Positions 1 to 7,957 of a stretch of 32,366 bases of DNA are shown one piece after another. This DNA comes from a virus (Duplodnaviria; Caudoviricetes). A model generated the notes under the pieces. It ran no database searches. It was not told the origin of the DNA and was given only the letters and a program-made list of their open reading frames with translations. Location of the stretch: IMG/VR virus record IMGVR_UViG_3300030333_004239, positions 1 through 32,366 of that record. One strand, given 5' to 3'. The position numbers were made by a program, and so were the translations under genes. The first letter of the stretch is position 1; each line of letters opens with the position of its first letter.

Positions 1-1371
1 TATCTTGAAGCGGAACACTTCACAGACGCAACAAATCAGATGCTGTTTAAGTGTGTCAAAAAGTCTCTTCAGGATGTAAACAAGGTAGAGTTGTCATCAA
101 TTCTTTCTGCTGCTAATCAGCTTGGGTTTTATGAAAATATAAACAACCAAGAAGAGGTAGGTTTTCTCAGGTCTCTGTTCAACTTTCCAATACATAAAGA
201 AAATGTTGGATTCCACGCTGCGAAGCTGGCTAAGCTGCAAATTGCCAGAGATGTCAAAAAAACTCTAGCTGTTTGCTCAACTAGAATAGATAAGATAACT
301 GGCGATGAAGACATTAATGATATCATTTCGATTATAGAAACGCCCGTGCTGGATGCTACCGCCAAAATATACCAAAGGTCTGACAATAAACCAGAGGTTA
401 TTGGTAACGAAGTAGCCGACTATGTTGAGTTCTTATCTGAGAATAAGAGCGACATGCTTGGTATCAGCACAGGATTTCCAATTTATGACGAAGCGATAGG
501 CGGTGGTCTCCGTAGGAAGTGTGTCGATCTAATTGCCGCAAGACCAAAGGTTGGTAAGTCGATGTTTGGAGATGCCGTTGCTATGCACGTATCAAAAAAC
601 TTAGATATTCCCGTACTTGTACTAGATACAGAAATGTCTAAAGAAGACCATCTGAATAGGATGTTGGCAAATATCAGCGGTGTAGAGATAAATACAATAT
701 CAAGCGGTAAGTTCGCAGATAACGAACTCAATCTTGAAAAAGTTGAGATGGCAGCGAAGCAACTTGAAGAAATTCCTTACCACTATGTTAGTATCGCTGG
801 TCAGCCTTTTGAGAATATACTGAGCATTATGCGTAAGTGGATATATCAAGAGGTTGGATTTGACGAGACTGGCAGGACTAAAGATTGCTTAATAGTATAT
901 GATTATCTCAAGCTAATGAACTCTGATAGTATTTCTAATTCTATGCAAGAGTTTCAAGTCTTGGGCTTTCAAATAACACAGCTACATAATTTCTGTGTTA
1001 AATATGATGTCCCCTGTCTAAGCTTTGTACAGCTAAACAGGGATGGTATTACAAAGGAGTCAACAGACGTAGTTTCTGGGTCAGATAGGCTAATTTGGCT
1101 TTGTACTAGCTTCTCTATATTTAAGATGAAGTCAGATGAGGAAATTGCCGATGATGATGAAGACAATGGTAATAGAAAGTTAGTTCCTATTGTAGCTCGA
1201 CATGGTGCAGGATTGGACGATGGCGACTATATAAATATGAACATGTTTGGTAAGTTTGGTAAGTTGGTAGAGGGAGAGACTAGAAATGCTCTGAGAAAGA
1301 ACTCTACCGTTCGAGATAAAGGTTTTGTTTCCGAAGATGGAGAGCAACCAACAAATATTGAAGATCTCTAA
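1..1371 (+). CDS. dnaB: Replicative DNA helicase, DnaB family (5' end lies outside the window)
   Basis: Walker A AARPKVGKS, H1a LDTEMS, H2 VYDYLKLM, H3 FVQLNRDG. The frame is open from base 1 (YLEAEHFTDATNQMLF resembles the DnaB N-terminal domain), so ATG 40 is probably internal. Confidence 0.93.
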   Translation, partial: YLEAEHFTDATNQMLFKCVKKSLQDVNKVELSSILSAANQLGFYENINNQEEVGFLRSLFNFPIHKENVGFHAAKLAKLQIARDVKKTLAVCSTRIDKITGDEDINDIISIIETPVLDATAKIYQRSDNKPEVIGNEVADYVEFLSENKSDMLGISTGFPIYDEAIGGGLRRKCVDLIAARPKVGKSMFGDAVAMHVSKNLDIPVLVLDTEMSKEDHLNRMLANISGVEINTISSGKFADNELNLEKVEMAAKQLEEIPYHYVSIAGQPFENILSIMRKWIYQEVGFDETGRTKDCLIVYDYLKLMNSDSISNSMQEFQVLGFQITQLHNFCVKYDVPCLSFVQLNRDGITKESTDVVSGSDRLIWLCTSFSIFKMKSDEEIADDDEDNGNRKLVPIVARHGAGLDDGDYINMNMFGKFGKLVEGETRNALRKNSTVRDKGFVSEDGEQPTNIEDL

Positions 1372-2377
1372 TCAGCTATTCTCAAAGCTTCCTGAGCTAT
1401 TGAAATATCTTGAAATTGATTTCATTGAGTACCCTAATAGATATGCTTTCGCATGTCCAATTCATGGTGGAGACAACCCAGAGGGATGCTGCATTTTTCT
1501 AGATGGCAATAGCGTAAAAGGCAACTGGAACTGCTGGACAAATCACTGCGAATCTGATCACGGCAGGAACCTATTTGGATTTGTTAAGGGTGTCCTTGCA
1601 AATAAGGCTGACGGTAATCCTAATATATATGAGACCGTTAAGTTTTGCATGGATTTTCTAGGGTTAAGCGAGTCTGAGCTTAAGGACATCAAGAATGTAG
1701 ATTCCAACAATGATTTAAAGCTGCTTGAAATTTTTCACAGAGATCCAGAGAGGTCAACTCCTGCCATAGACAGAGATCTAATTTTACAGGAATTAAACAT
1801 ACCAGCTAGTTATTATATTAACAGAGGCTACAGTGAAGAGATTCTTGCAAAATTTGATGTAGGACTTTGTAGCAAAAAAAATAAGCCAATGTCTAACAGA
1901 GTTGTTGTCCCAATCTATGATGAGGGCTATAATTATATTGGATGTATAGGCCGGTCGGTCTACGAAAATATGAAACCTAAGTGGCTGCACAGCAGAGGGT
2001 TTAGAAAAAGCTCTTATCTGTACGGCCTAAATTTATCTAAGGACAAAATACTAGAAACAGGCACCGCATTTGTAGTTGAAGGGCAGGGAGATGTTTGGCG
2101 GTTGCATGAGGCAGGTATAGAAAATTGTGTCGGAATATTTGGCGCAAACATGAGCGATGACCAGTTAGTATTGCTAGAAAAAAGTGGCGCATTAAACTTG
2201 GTAGTCCTGACAGATTATGATGAAGCTGGACATAGAGCCGCTGAGCAGATAATGAAGAAATGCGGCAGGCGATTTAATTATCACAGACCAAACATATCGC
2301 AGAAAGATATTGGCGATATGACAGTAGAACAAATAAATAATGAAATACTTGAACAGTTAGAAGGAGTATTAGTATGA
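1337..2377 (+). CDS. dnaG: DNA primase, DnaG type (CHC2 zinc-binding domain + TOPRIM)
   Basis: CPIHGGDN...WNCWTNHC zinc domain; NRVVVPIYD...IGR; TOPRIM VVEGQGD and LTDYDEAG. ATG 1337 preferred over TTG 1325; overlaps the end of dnaB. Confidence 0.92.
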   Translation: MESNQQILKISNQLFSKLPELLKYLEIDFIEYPNRYAFACPIHGGDNPEGCCIFLDGNSVKGNWNCWTNHCESDHGRNLFGFVKGVLANKADGNPNIYETVKFCMDFLGLSESELKDIKNVDSNNDLKLLEIFHRDPERSTPAIDRDLILQELNIPASYYINRGYSEEILAKFDVGLCSKKNKPMSNRVVVPIYDEGYNYIGCIGRSVYENMKPKWLHSRGFRKSSYLYGLNLSKDKILETGTAFVVEGQGDVWRLHEAGIENCVGIFGANMSDDQLVLLEKSGALNLVVLTDYDEAGHRAAEQIMKKCGRRFNYHRPNISQKDIGDMTVEQINNEILEQLEGVLV

Positions 2378-3204
2378 CTAGAATCTTGGCGTTTGCTGGC
2401 AAAAAACAATCCGGCAAAAATTCATGTTGTTCATTCTTGCATGGATACCAAATGAGGTCTTATAATGTAATAGATGGTTTTGATCTTTCCGCAGATGGAC
2501 ACCTTGTTATAGATACGGTCTCTGTAGATGAAAACGGTGAGAAGAAAACCACAAAAGGCGCTCTTGATGTAACGCGCACCGACCTTGAGTTTGGCATGTG
2601 GGCGGCAGAGAGTATGTGGCCTTTTATTAAGCACTACTCTTTCGCATCATCTCTCAAAGAGATAGCTACTGGTCTTTTTGGATTAACAAAGCCACAGTGC
2701 TATGGTACAGATCTAGATAAGAACAGTCTAACTTGGATTAGGTGGGAAGACATGCCCGGCTATGAAGGCGAGAACGAAGGCAGGATGACAGCTAGAGAAT
2801 TTCTACAGCACTTTGGGACGGACATTTGTCGCAAGATTCATCCAGACATTTGGACTGATAGAACACTGAGAAACATTAGGGAAGAAGAGTCTTTATTTGC
2901 TGTTATCTCAGATTGCAGGTTTCCCAACGAGGCCGAAGCAGTTCAAAGAGCTGGTGGCAAAGTTATACGATTAACTAGGGGAGATGATTCAGATGACGCG
3001 CACTCTAGCGAGACAGAAGTTAACAATATAGAATACGACGCTGTGATTGATAATAAAGATCTTAGCCTTTTAGAAACGAACAAAGAAGTTATTTCTCTCT
3101 TAGAACAATGGGGTTGGTTGGGAGATGTGATACAACCCGTAGTACCGGAGCCAGTTGAGGACAAACCTGAACTTGTTGGCGGTATCAAGAAAATCAAGGA
3201 ATAA
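2374..3204 (+). CDS. Deoxynucleoside monophosphate kinase (T4 gp1-like)
   Basis: P-loop AGKKQSGKN; SFASSLKEI; TAREFLQHFGTDICR; VISDCRFPNE; HSSE. ATGA overlap with the primase gene. Confidence 0.88.
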   Translation: MTRILAFAGKKQSGKNSCCSFLHGYQMRSYNVIDGFDLSADGHLVIDTVSVDENGEKKTTKGALDVTRTDLEFGMWAAESMWPFIKHYSFASSLKEIATGLFGLTKPQCYGTDLDKNSLTWIRWEDMPGYEGENEGRMTAREFLQHFGTDICRKIHPDIWTDRTLRNIREEESLFAVISDCRFPNEAEAVQRAGGKVIRLTRGDDSDDAHSSETEVNNIEYDAVIDNKDLSLLETNKEVISLLEQWGWLGDVIQPVVPEPVEDKPELVGGIKKIKE

Positions 3205-3206
3205 AT

Positions 3207-4220
3207 ATGTTAGTTACATACATACGTAGCTCTAGTTACAACAATTTTGAGTATTGTCAAATGCAGTACTTTATGACCTATGTTTTAGGTCATCAGACCG
3301 TATCTGGCAAGAAAGCTCAGCTGGGAACTGTCGTCCATAAAGTTATGGAAGTTCTAGCCGGTTGTAAAAAGCTACACCAAGATAAGGCCGAGCTATTGCT
3401 TGAGGATGACGCTATCGGAGAGGTCGAGTTTACTAAACGTAGACTCGGAACAAAGAAATTTGTAAACGAAATCCTTAAGCGTAGCTACGACCATTACACA
3501 TCTAATTGCACTCACCATTACACTAATGCCGACTATAAGTTTTGTGATAAAACGACTTGGGAAGCGTTGACTTATGAAGATGGAATCTTTGATCCTCGCA
3601 ACAGAAATATCGTAGCTGCTGAACCACAATTTGATATTGCTATAGAAGAGGACTGGGCCAAATATGAGTACGATATGCCAGACGGAACTACCGTTGAGGG
3701 TCGGCTAGCTATTAAAGGTACTATTGACTTAGTGACCGAAGTTGATGACGGAGTTATCGAAGTTATCGACTGGAAGACGGGACGCAGACTTAACTGGGCT
3801 ACAGGAGAAGAGAAGACTTATGAGAAACTGTGTAAAGACCCGCAGTTAATGCTGTATCATTATGCAATTTCTAAACTTTTCCCTGAATATGAAGACGCGA
3901 TTATGTCGATATACTTCATTAGGGACGGTGGGCCGTTTAGTATTTGTTTTGAGGAAAGCGACAGGCAGAAGTTCTTGGGGATGCTGAAGGACAGGTTTGA
4001 AGAGATTAAGAAGACAACCAAGCCAAGACTGCTTTCTAGAAATCAATCTCACTGGAAATGCCAAAAGCTTTGTGACTTCTGCAAGAAAGACTGGCCCGGA
4101 ACTAATGAGAGTATGTGTAGACATGTGAGCAATCACTTGGAGCAGTTTGGTATGTTAGACACAATACAAGAATGCACAAGAGAAGGTTTTGATGTTGGGT
4201 ATTATGAGGCACCGGGATAA
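3207..4220 (+). CDS. PD-(D/E)XK exonuclease, Cas4/AddB/RecB-like, probable Fe-S cluster
   Basis: N-terminal SS..N.F..C; GTVVHKVME; E...GTIDLV...IDWKTG; QLMLY; C-terminal WKCQKLCDFC...C. Confidence 0.85.
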   Translation: MLVTYIRSSSYNNFEYCQMQYFMTYVLGHQTVSGKKAQLGTVVHKVMEVLAGCKKLHQDKAELLLEDDAIGEVEFTKRRLGTKKFVNEILKRSYDHYTSNCTHHYTNADYKFCDKTTWEALTYEDGIFDPRNRNIVAAEPQFDIAIEEDWAKYEYDMPDGTTVEGRLAIKGTIDLVTEVDDGVIEVIDWKTGRRLNWATGEEKTYEKLCKDPQLMLYHYAISKLFPEYEDAIMSIYFIRDGGPFSICFEESDRQKFLGMLKDRFEEIKKTTKPRLLSRNQSHWKCQKLCDFCKKDWPGTNESMCRHVSNHLEQFGMLDTIQECTREGFDVGYYEAPG

Positions 4221-4978
4221 TGGAACATTATTATGAAGGGTTACAGGGATTTTGGGGAGGACTCGATGCGTCTTTTTACAGCGAGATGGTGGAAAGATTC
4301 AACAGCGGCTCTCACTTTGTAGAGGTGGGTTCCTTCAAAGGTAAAAGCTCGTCATGTATGGCGGAACAGATTATTAGCAGTGGCAAAGATATAAGATTCG
4401 ACTGTGTTGACACATGGGCGGGCTCTCAAGAGCACCAGAGAGGAGGTATCGTAGAAGACAATAATGTGGTTGACGGTGATTTGTTTGAAGTGTTTTTAGA
4501 AAACACAAAACGGTTTTCAGATGTAATCAAGCCAGTCAGACTTCCGTCAAAAGAAGCCTCTATGCTCTACGATGAAGAGTCCCTCGATTTTGTTTTTATT
4601 GATGCTGCACACGATATGAGAAACGTTTTAGCAGACGTAGCTAGCTGGACTCCAAAGGTCAAGAAAGGTGGGATAATAGCCGGACATGATTACGGAGGTG
4701 GCTGGATAGGTGTTACCGACGCTGTTGATTTATATTTTAAAGATGTTTTACAAGTTGAGGTGCAGGTCTTTGAAAAATCTAGTTGCTGGTTTGTTGATAG
4801 AAGTTTTGATGTCCCCACCGGAAAGATTTTTGAAGATGGAATAGCGAGAAGATTGAAGGCTTGGGAGAACTCAGTCGATGGTCTGATTAAAATTAAAAGC
4901 ATAGAACAAATAAAAAAAGAAAAAGAGAAAACCAAAAGAGAAAGAGTAATTTTATGGAAGGCCGAGGATAATGATTGA
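4220..4978 (+). CDS. Class I SAM-dependent methyltransferase (Methyltransf_24-like)
   Basis: VEVGSFKGKSS; VDTWAGS; DFVFIDAAHD; VKKGGIIAGHDY. Confidence 0.88.
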   Translation: MEHYYEGLQGFWGGLDASFYSEMVERFNSGSHFVEVGSFKGKSSSCMAEQIISSGKDIRFDCVDTWAGSQEHQRGGIVEDNNVVDGDLFEVFLENTKRFSDVIKPVRLPSKEASMLYDEESLDFVFIDAAHDMRNVLADVASWTPKVKKGGIIAGHDYGGGWIGVTDAVDLYFKDVLQVEVQVFEKSSCWFVDRSFDVPTGKIFEDGIARRLKAWENSVDGLIKIKSIEQIKKEKEKTKRERVILWKAEDND

Positions 4979-5471
4979 AATAGAGATTACGGAAGAAATG
5001 AAGAAGCGCGCTTGGGCTAAGTCTAGAGAGATGGGTGTAATACGCAACTCCATCATGAAGGGCGGCGGAAATATCGCAGGTTTTTTAGGAGAAGAGGTTG
5101 CAAACGTAGTTATTGATGGTACAATTAATAACACATACGATTACGACATAGTTTCTAAGTCGGGCATCAAGTACGATGTTAAGACAAAGAGATGCACCTC
5201 AGAACCTAAACCGTTCTACGAGTGTTCAGTTGCTAATTTTAACACAAAGCAAAAATGCGACAGGTACGCATTTGTTAGGATTGAAAACAAGAACAAGCGA
5301 TGGGGTAGAGCTTGGGTCTTAGGATGGCTAGAGCATGATGAATATTTTGAAAAAGCCAAGAAGCTGACTAAAGGCCAGATAGACCCGTCTAATGGGTTCA
5401 TAGTTAGGGCTGACTGTTACAATGTTGCAATCTCAGACTTAAAAAGATTTAGACACAGAAAGACTACATAG
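4971..5471 (+). CDS. Phage protein with probable restriction-endonuclease-like PD-(D/E)XK fold
   Basis: Spacing GFLGEE...YDYDIV...YDVKTK...CDRYAFVRI fits the fold. Tightly packed in the operon. Confidence 0.55.
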   Translation: MIEIEITEEMKKRAWAKSREMGVIRNSIMKGGGNIAGFLGEEVANVVIDGTINNTYDYDIVSKSGIKYDVKTKRCTSEPKPFYECSVANFNTKQKCDRYAFVRIENKNKRWGRAWVLGWLEHDEYFEKAKKLTKGQIDPSNGFIVRADCYNVAISDLKRFRHRKTT

Positions 5472-5481
5472 GATTATTTAG

Positions 5482-7053
5482 ATGAGTTGGACTCCACTAA
5501 ATGTAAAAACTCACTTCAGTCTACAGCGAGGCTTCTCAAAGCCAGACAAGCTAGCTAAGAAGTGTAAAGAGTTTGGATACAAAGCGTGCGCAATCACTGA
5601 TATTAACACTATATCAGGGGCAGTTACATTCTACAAAGAGTGCAAGAAGAACGACATTAAGCCCATTATGGGATGTACTCTAGAGTTTGATAACGGCAAA
5701 AAGAAAACTGTTATCGCTAAGAATAAAGCTGGCTGGTATGCGCTGATTGACCTTGTTTCTAAGAAGAATATGTATGAAGATGATGTAGTGTATAAACTAA
5801 CGGAAGCTTCGCTTGATAAAAATCTTATCTGCATAGACGGATTGAAGCAATATTCTGCATACTACGTAGAAGAGAATGAAGCAGAGGTTCATAGGATACT
5901 TCTGTGTTCAGGCATGAAGACTACAATGTCTAAAGTCAAAGGTAAGCTCGACTCCTTCAAGCACTTGAAGCCCTTTTTCTCGTCAGACAAGTTTTACTTG
6001 CCGACTATAGAAGAGGTCAAGTCTAAGTACACTGACGAACAGATTGCTATGAGCAATGAAATAGCAGATCAGTGCGAGGAATACGACATTTTGGGTCAGC
6101 CAATGCTGCCTGAGTTCGACTGTCCAGAAGGATACACCGAAGACGAATATCTTAAGCAATTATGTAGAGATGGTTGGCGGATTTTACTCGCTGAAACTGG
6201 CAAGGTCGATGACGACCAAAAAAAGCAAGAGTATCTCGATAGAATCAAGAATGAGATGGACGTTATTTTTGACGCCAGACTGTCTGGTTATTTCCTAATC
6301 GTTCAGGATATTGTAAACTTTGTTAGGGAACAAGGCTGGTTGCCGGGGCCGGGAAGAGGCTCTGCTGCCGGATGTCTTATCTCCTACCTGATTGGTATCA
6401 CGGAGATTGATCCGATTGAATATGACCTAATTTTTGAGAGATTTTACAACGCTGGACGTAACACTGAAGATCATGTATCCCTACCTGATATCGACCTAGA
6501 TGTGCCAGCAGAAAAACGCGATGAAGTTATTGCCTATATCAAGACAAAATACGGCGAAGACAATGTATCACAGATGATTACCTTCAACAAACTACAGGGT
6601 CGCGCTGCTCTTAAGGAAGTCATGAGAATAAATAGCAATGTTTCTTTCTCTGAGATGAATGAACTTACTAAGAACATTCCCAATGAGGCAGATGTATCAG
6701 ACCTTTTAGAGCAAAGCGGCGAGAAGTCTTTAATCAGATGGACTCTATTGTATCAACCAGAAATTCTAGATAGATGGTGTAAAGTCAATAGTGAAGATGA
6801 CTTAATCGGGCCACTATCTTCTGTGTTTCAACAGGCTATGGATATTGAGGGTACTATAAAGTCTCAAGGCAAGCACGCCGCCGGAGTGATTATATCATCA
6901 AATAAATTAAATGAAGTGTGCCCAATGGTACAGGACAAAAACAACAACCTCGTCGCTGGTTTTGAAATGGGAGACCTTGAAGAGCAGGGGCACGTTAAAT
7001 TCGATATACTAGGTATTGACCTACTAAGTAAGATAATGGAGATAAAAGAATAA
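5482..7053 (+). CDS. dnaE: DNA polymerase III alpha subunit, N-terminal part (reduced PHP + palm/thumb)
   Basis: AITD, IKPIMG, YFLIVQDIV, GPGRGSAAGCLISYLIGITEIDP, LIFERFYN, PDIDLD, GKHAAGVII, VKFDILG. Stops 12 residues after KFDILG. Confidence 0.95.
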   Translation: MSWTPLNVKTHFSLQRGFSKPDKLAKKCKEFGYKACAITDINTISGAVTFYKECKKNDIKPIMGCTLEFDNGKKKTVIAKNKAGWYALIDLVSKKNMYEDDVVYKLTEASLDKNLICIDGLKQYSAYYVEENEAEVHRILLCSGMKTTMSKVKGKLDSFKHLKPFFSSDKFYLPTIEEVKSKYTDEQIAMSNEIADQCEEYDILGQPMLPEFDCPEGYTEDEYLKQLCRDGWRILLAETGKVDDDQKKQEYLDRIKNEMDVIFDARLSGYFLIVQDIVNFVREQGWLPGPGRGSAAGCLISYLIGITEIDPIEYDLIFERFYNAGRNTEDHVSLPDIDLDVPAEKRDEVIAYIKTKYGEDNVSQMITFNKLQGRAALKEVMRINSNVSFSEMNELTKNIPNEADVSDLLEQSGEKSLIRWTLLYQPEILDRWCKVNSEDDLIGPLSSVFQQAMDIEGTIKSQGKHAAGVIISSNKLNEVCPMVQDKNNNLVAGFEMGDLEEQGHVKFDILGIDLLSKIMEIKE

Positions 7054-7268
7054 TGGATATCAAAAAGGATTACAAATCAGTCATCTTTTCTGGATGCGCG
7101 ATTGAGTACAAGGATATTAGTTTATGCAATTTAGGAAGCTATATTCCATCAAGAAATGGGATGTCTCGTACTTATCAAGTACACTCTAAGAGGTTAAAGT
7201 TTAGCAAAATTTATAAGAGTATCGACGATGCTGTTGATATGTTCATAGAACTAAAAAGGAAAGCGTAA
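7053..7268 (+). CDS. Hypothetical 71-aa basic protein between the dnaE halves
   Basis: TAATG overlaps at both ends (7051-7055 and 7266-7270); exactly fills the gap. Confidence 0.7.
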   Translation: MDIKKDYKSVIFSGCAIEYKDISLCNLGSYIPSRNGMSRTYQVHSKRLKFSKIYKSIDDAVDMFIELKRKA

Positions 7269-7957
7269 TGAATTATAGAGATATTATTGTTTTTGACTTT
7301 GAAACAGGGTCTAGAAACCCACATAAGACGCAACCTACCCAGATTGCGGCAATAGCTCTTCATGGCAGACGATTAACGTTGCAGCCCGGCGGAGTATTCA
7401 ATAGTGAAATCAGACCCATTCTCGACGATAAGAAGGCTATTGAGGCAGGATTCGATCCTATCGAAGACGAGGCGCTTCAAATCACTGGGAAGAACCGCAA
7501 GGACTTAGCAAAAGCACCGTCACCAAAAAGTGTTTGGCAAAAGTTTGAGGATTTCTGCAACAAGTTCAACTTTAGAGGAACCTCTTATACGGCTCCGATT
7601 GCAGCAGGCTATAACATCATTGGCTTTGACCTGCCAATCGTCCAAAGGATGTGTGACATGTACGGCACGACTGACTCTAGAGGGAGACAGACTGTATTTA
7701 ATCCAATTTTTAAGTTAGACCTAATGGATATGGTATTCTCTTGGACTGAGAACAATAAAGACTTCAAGAGCCTTAGTATGGACTTCCTTAGAGAGTATAT
7801 GGGTTTTCCTGAAGAGAGCAAACAGAACGCTCACGATGCCCTACAGGACGTTAAGGACACGGCTAACATATTGATTAAGTTCTTAAAGTTCCAACGTAAT
7901 ATTTCAGAAAAGACTAAGTTTGAGAAAGCATTTGCAAATGGCGAATTCTACGTTTAA
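7268..7957 (+). CDS. DEDDh 3'-5' exonuclease, DnaQ/epsilon-like
   Basis: ExoI VFDFETG, ExoII AGYNIIGFD, ExoIII AHDALQD. Confidence 0.92.
   Translation: MNYRDIIVFDFETGSRNPHKTQPTQIAAIALHGRRLTLQPGGVFNSEIRPILDDKKAIEAGFDPIEDEALQITGKNRKDLAKAPSPKSVWQKFEDFCNKFNFRGTSYTAPIAAGYNIIGFDLPIVQRMCDMYGTTDSRGRQTVFNPIFKLDLMDMVFSWTENNKDFKSLSMDFLREYMGFPEESKQNAHDALQDVKDTANILIKFLKFQRNISEKTKFEKAFANGEFYV

Noticed and set aside
3207-4220. CRISPR-Cas locus
   Set aside because: Only a solo Cas4-like nuclease; no repeats/spacers, cas1 or cas2 in the window.
7920-7957. Programmed frameshift fusing the exonuclease to DnaE-C
   Set aside because: The frames overlap, but I see no canonical slippery heptamer or stimulatory hairpin, and an in-frame ATG at 7938 explains the overlap. 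Not excluded without proteomics.
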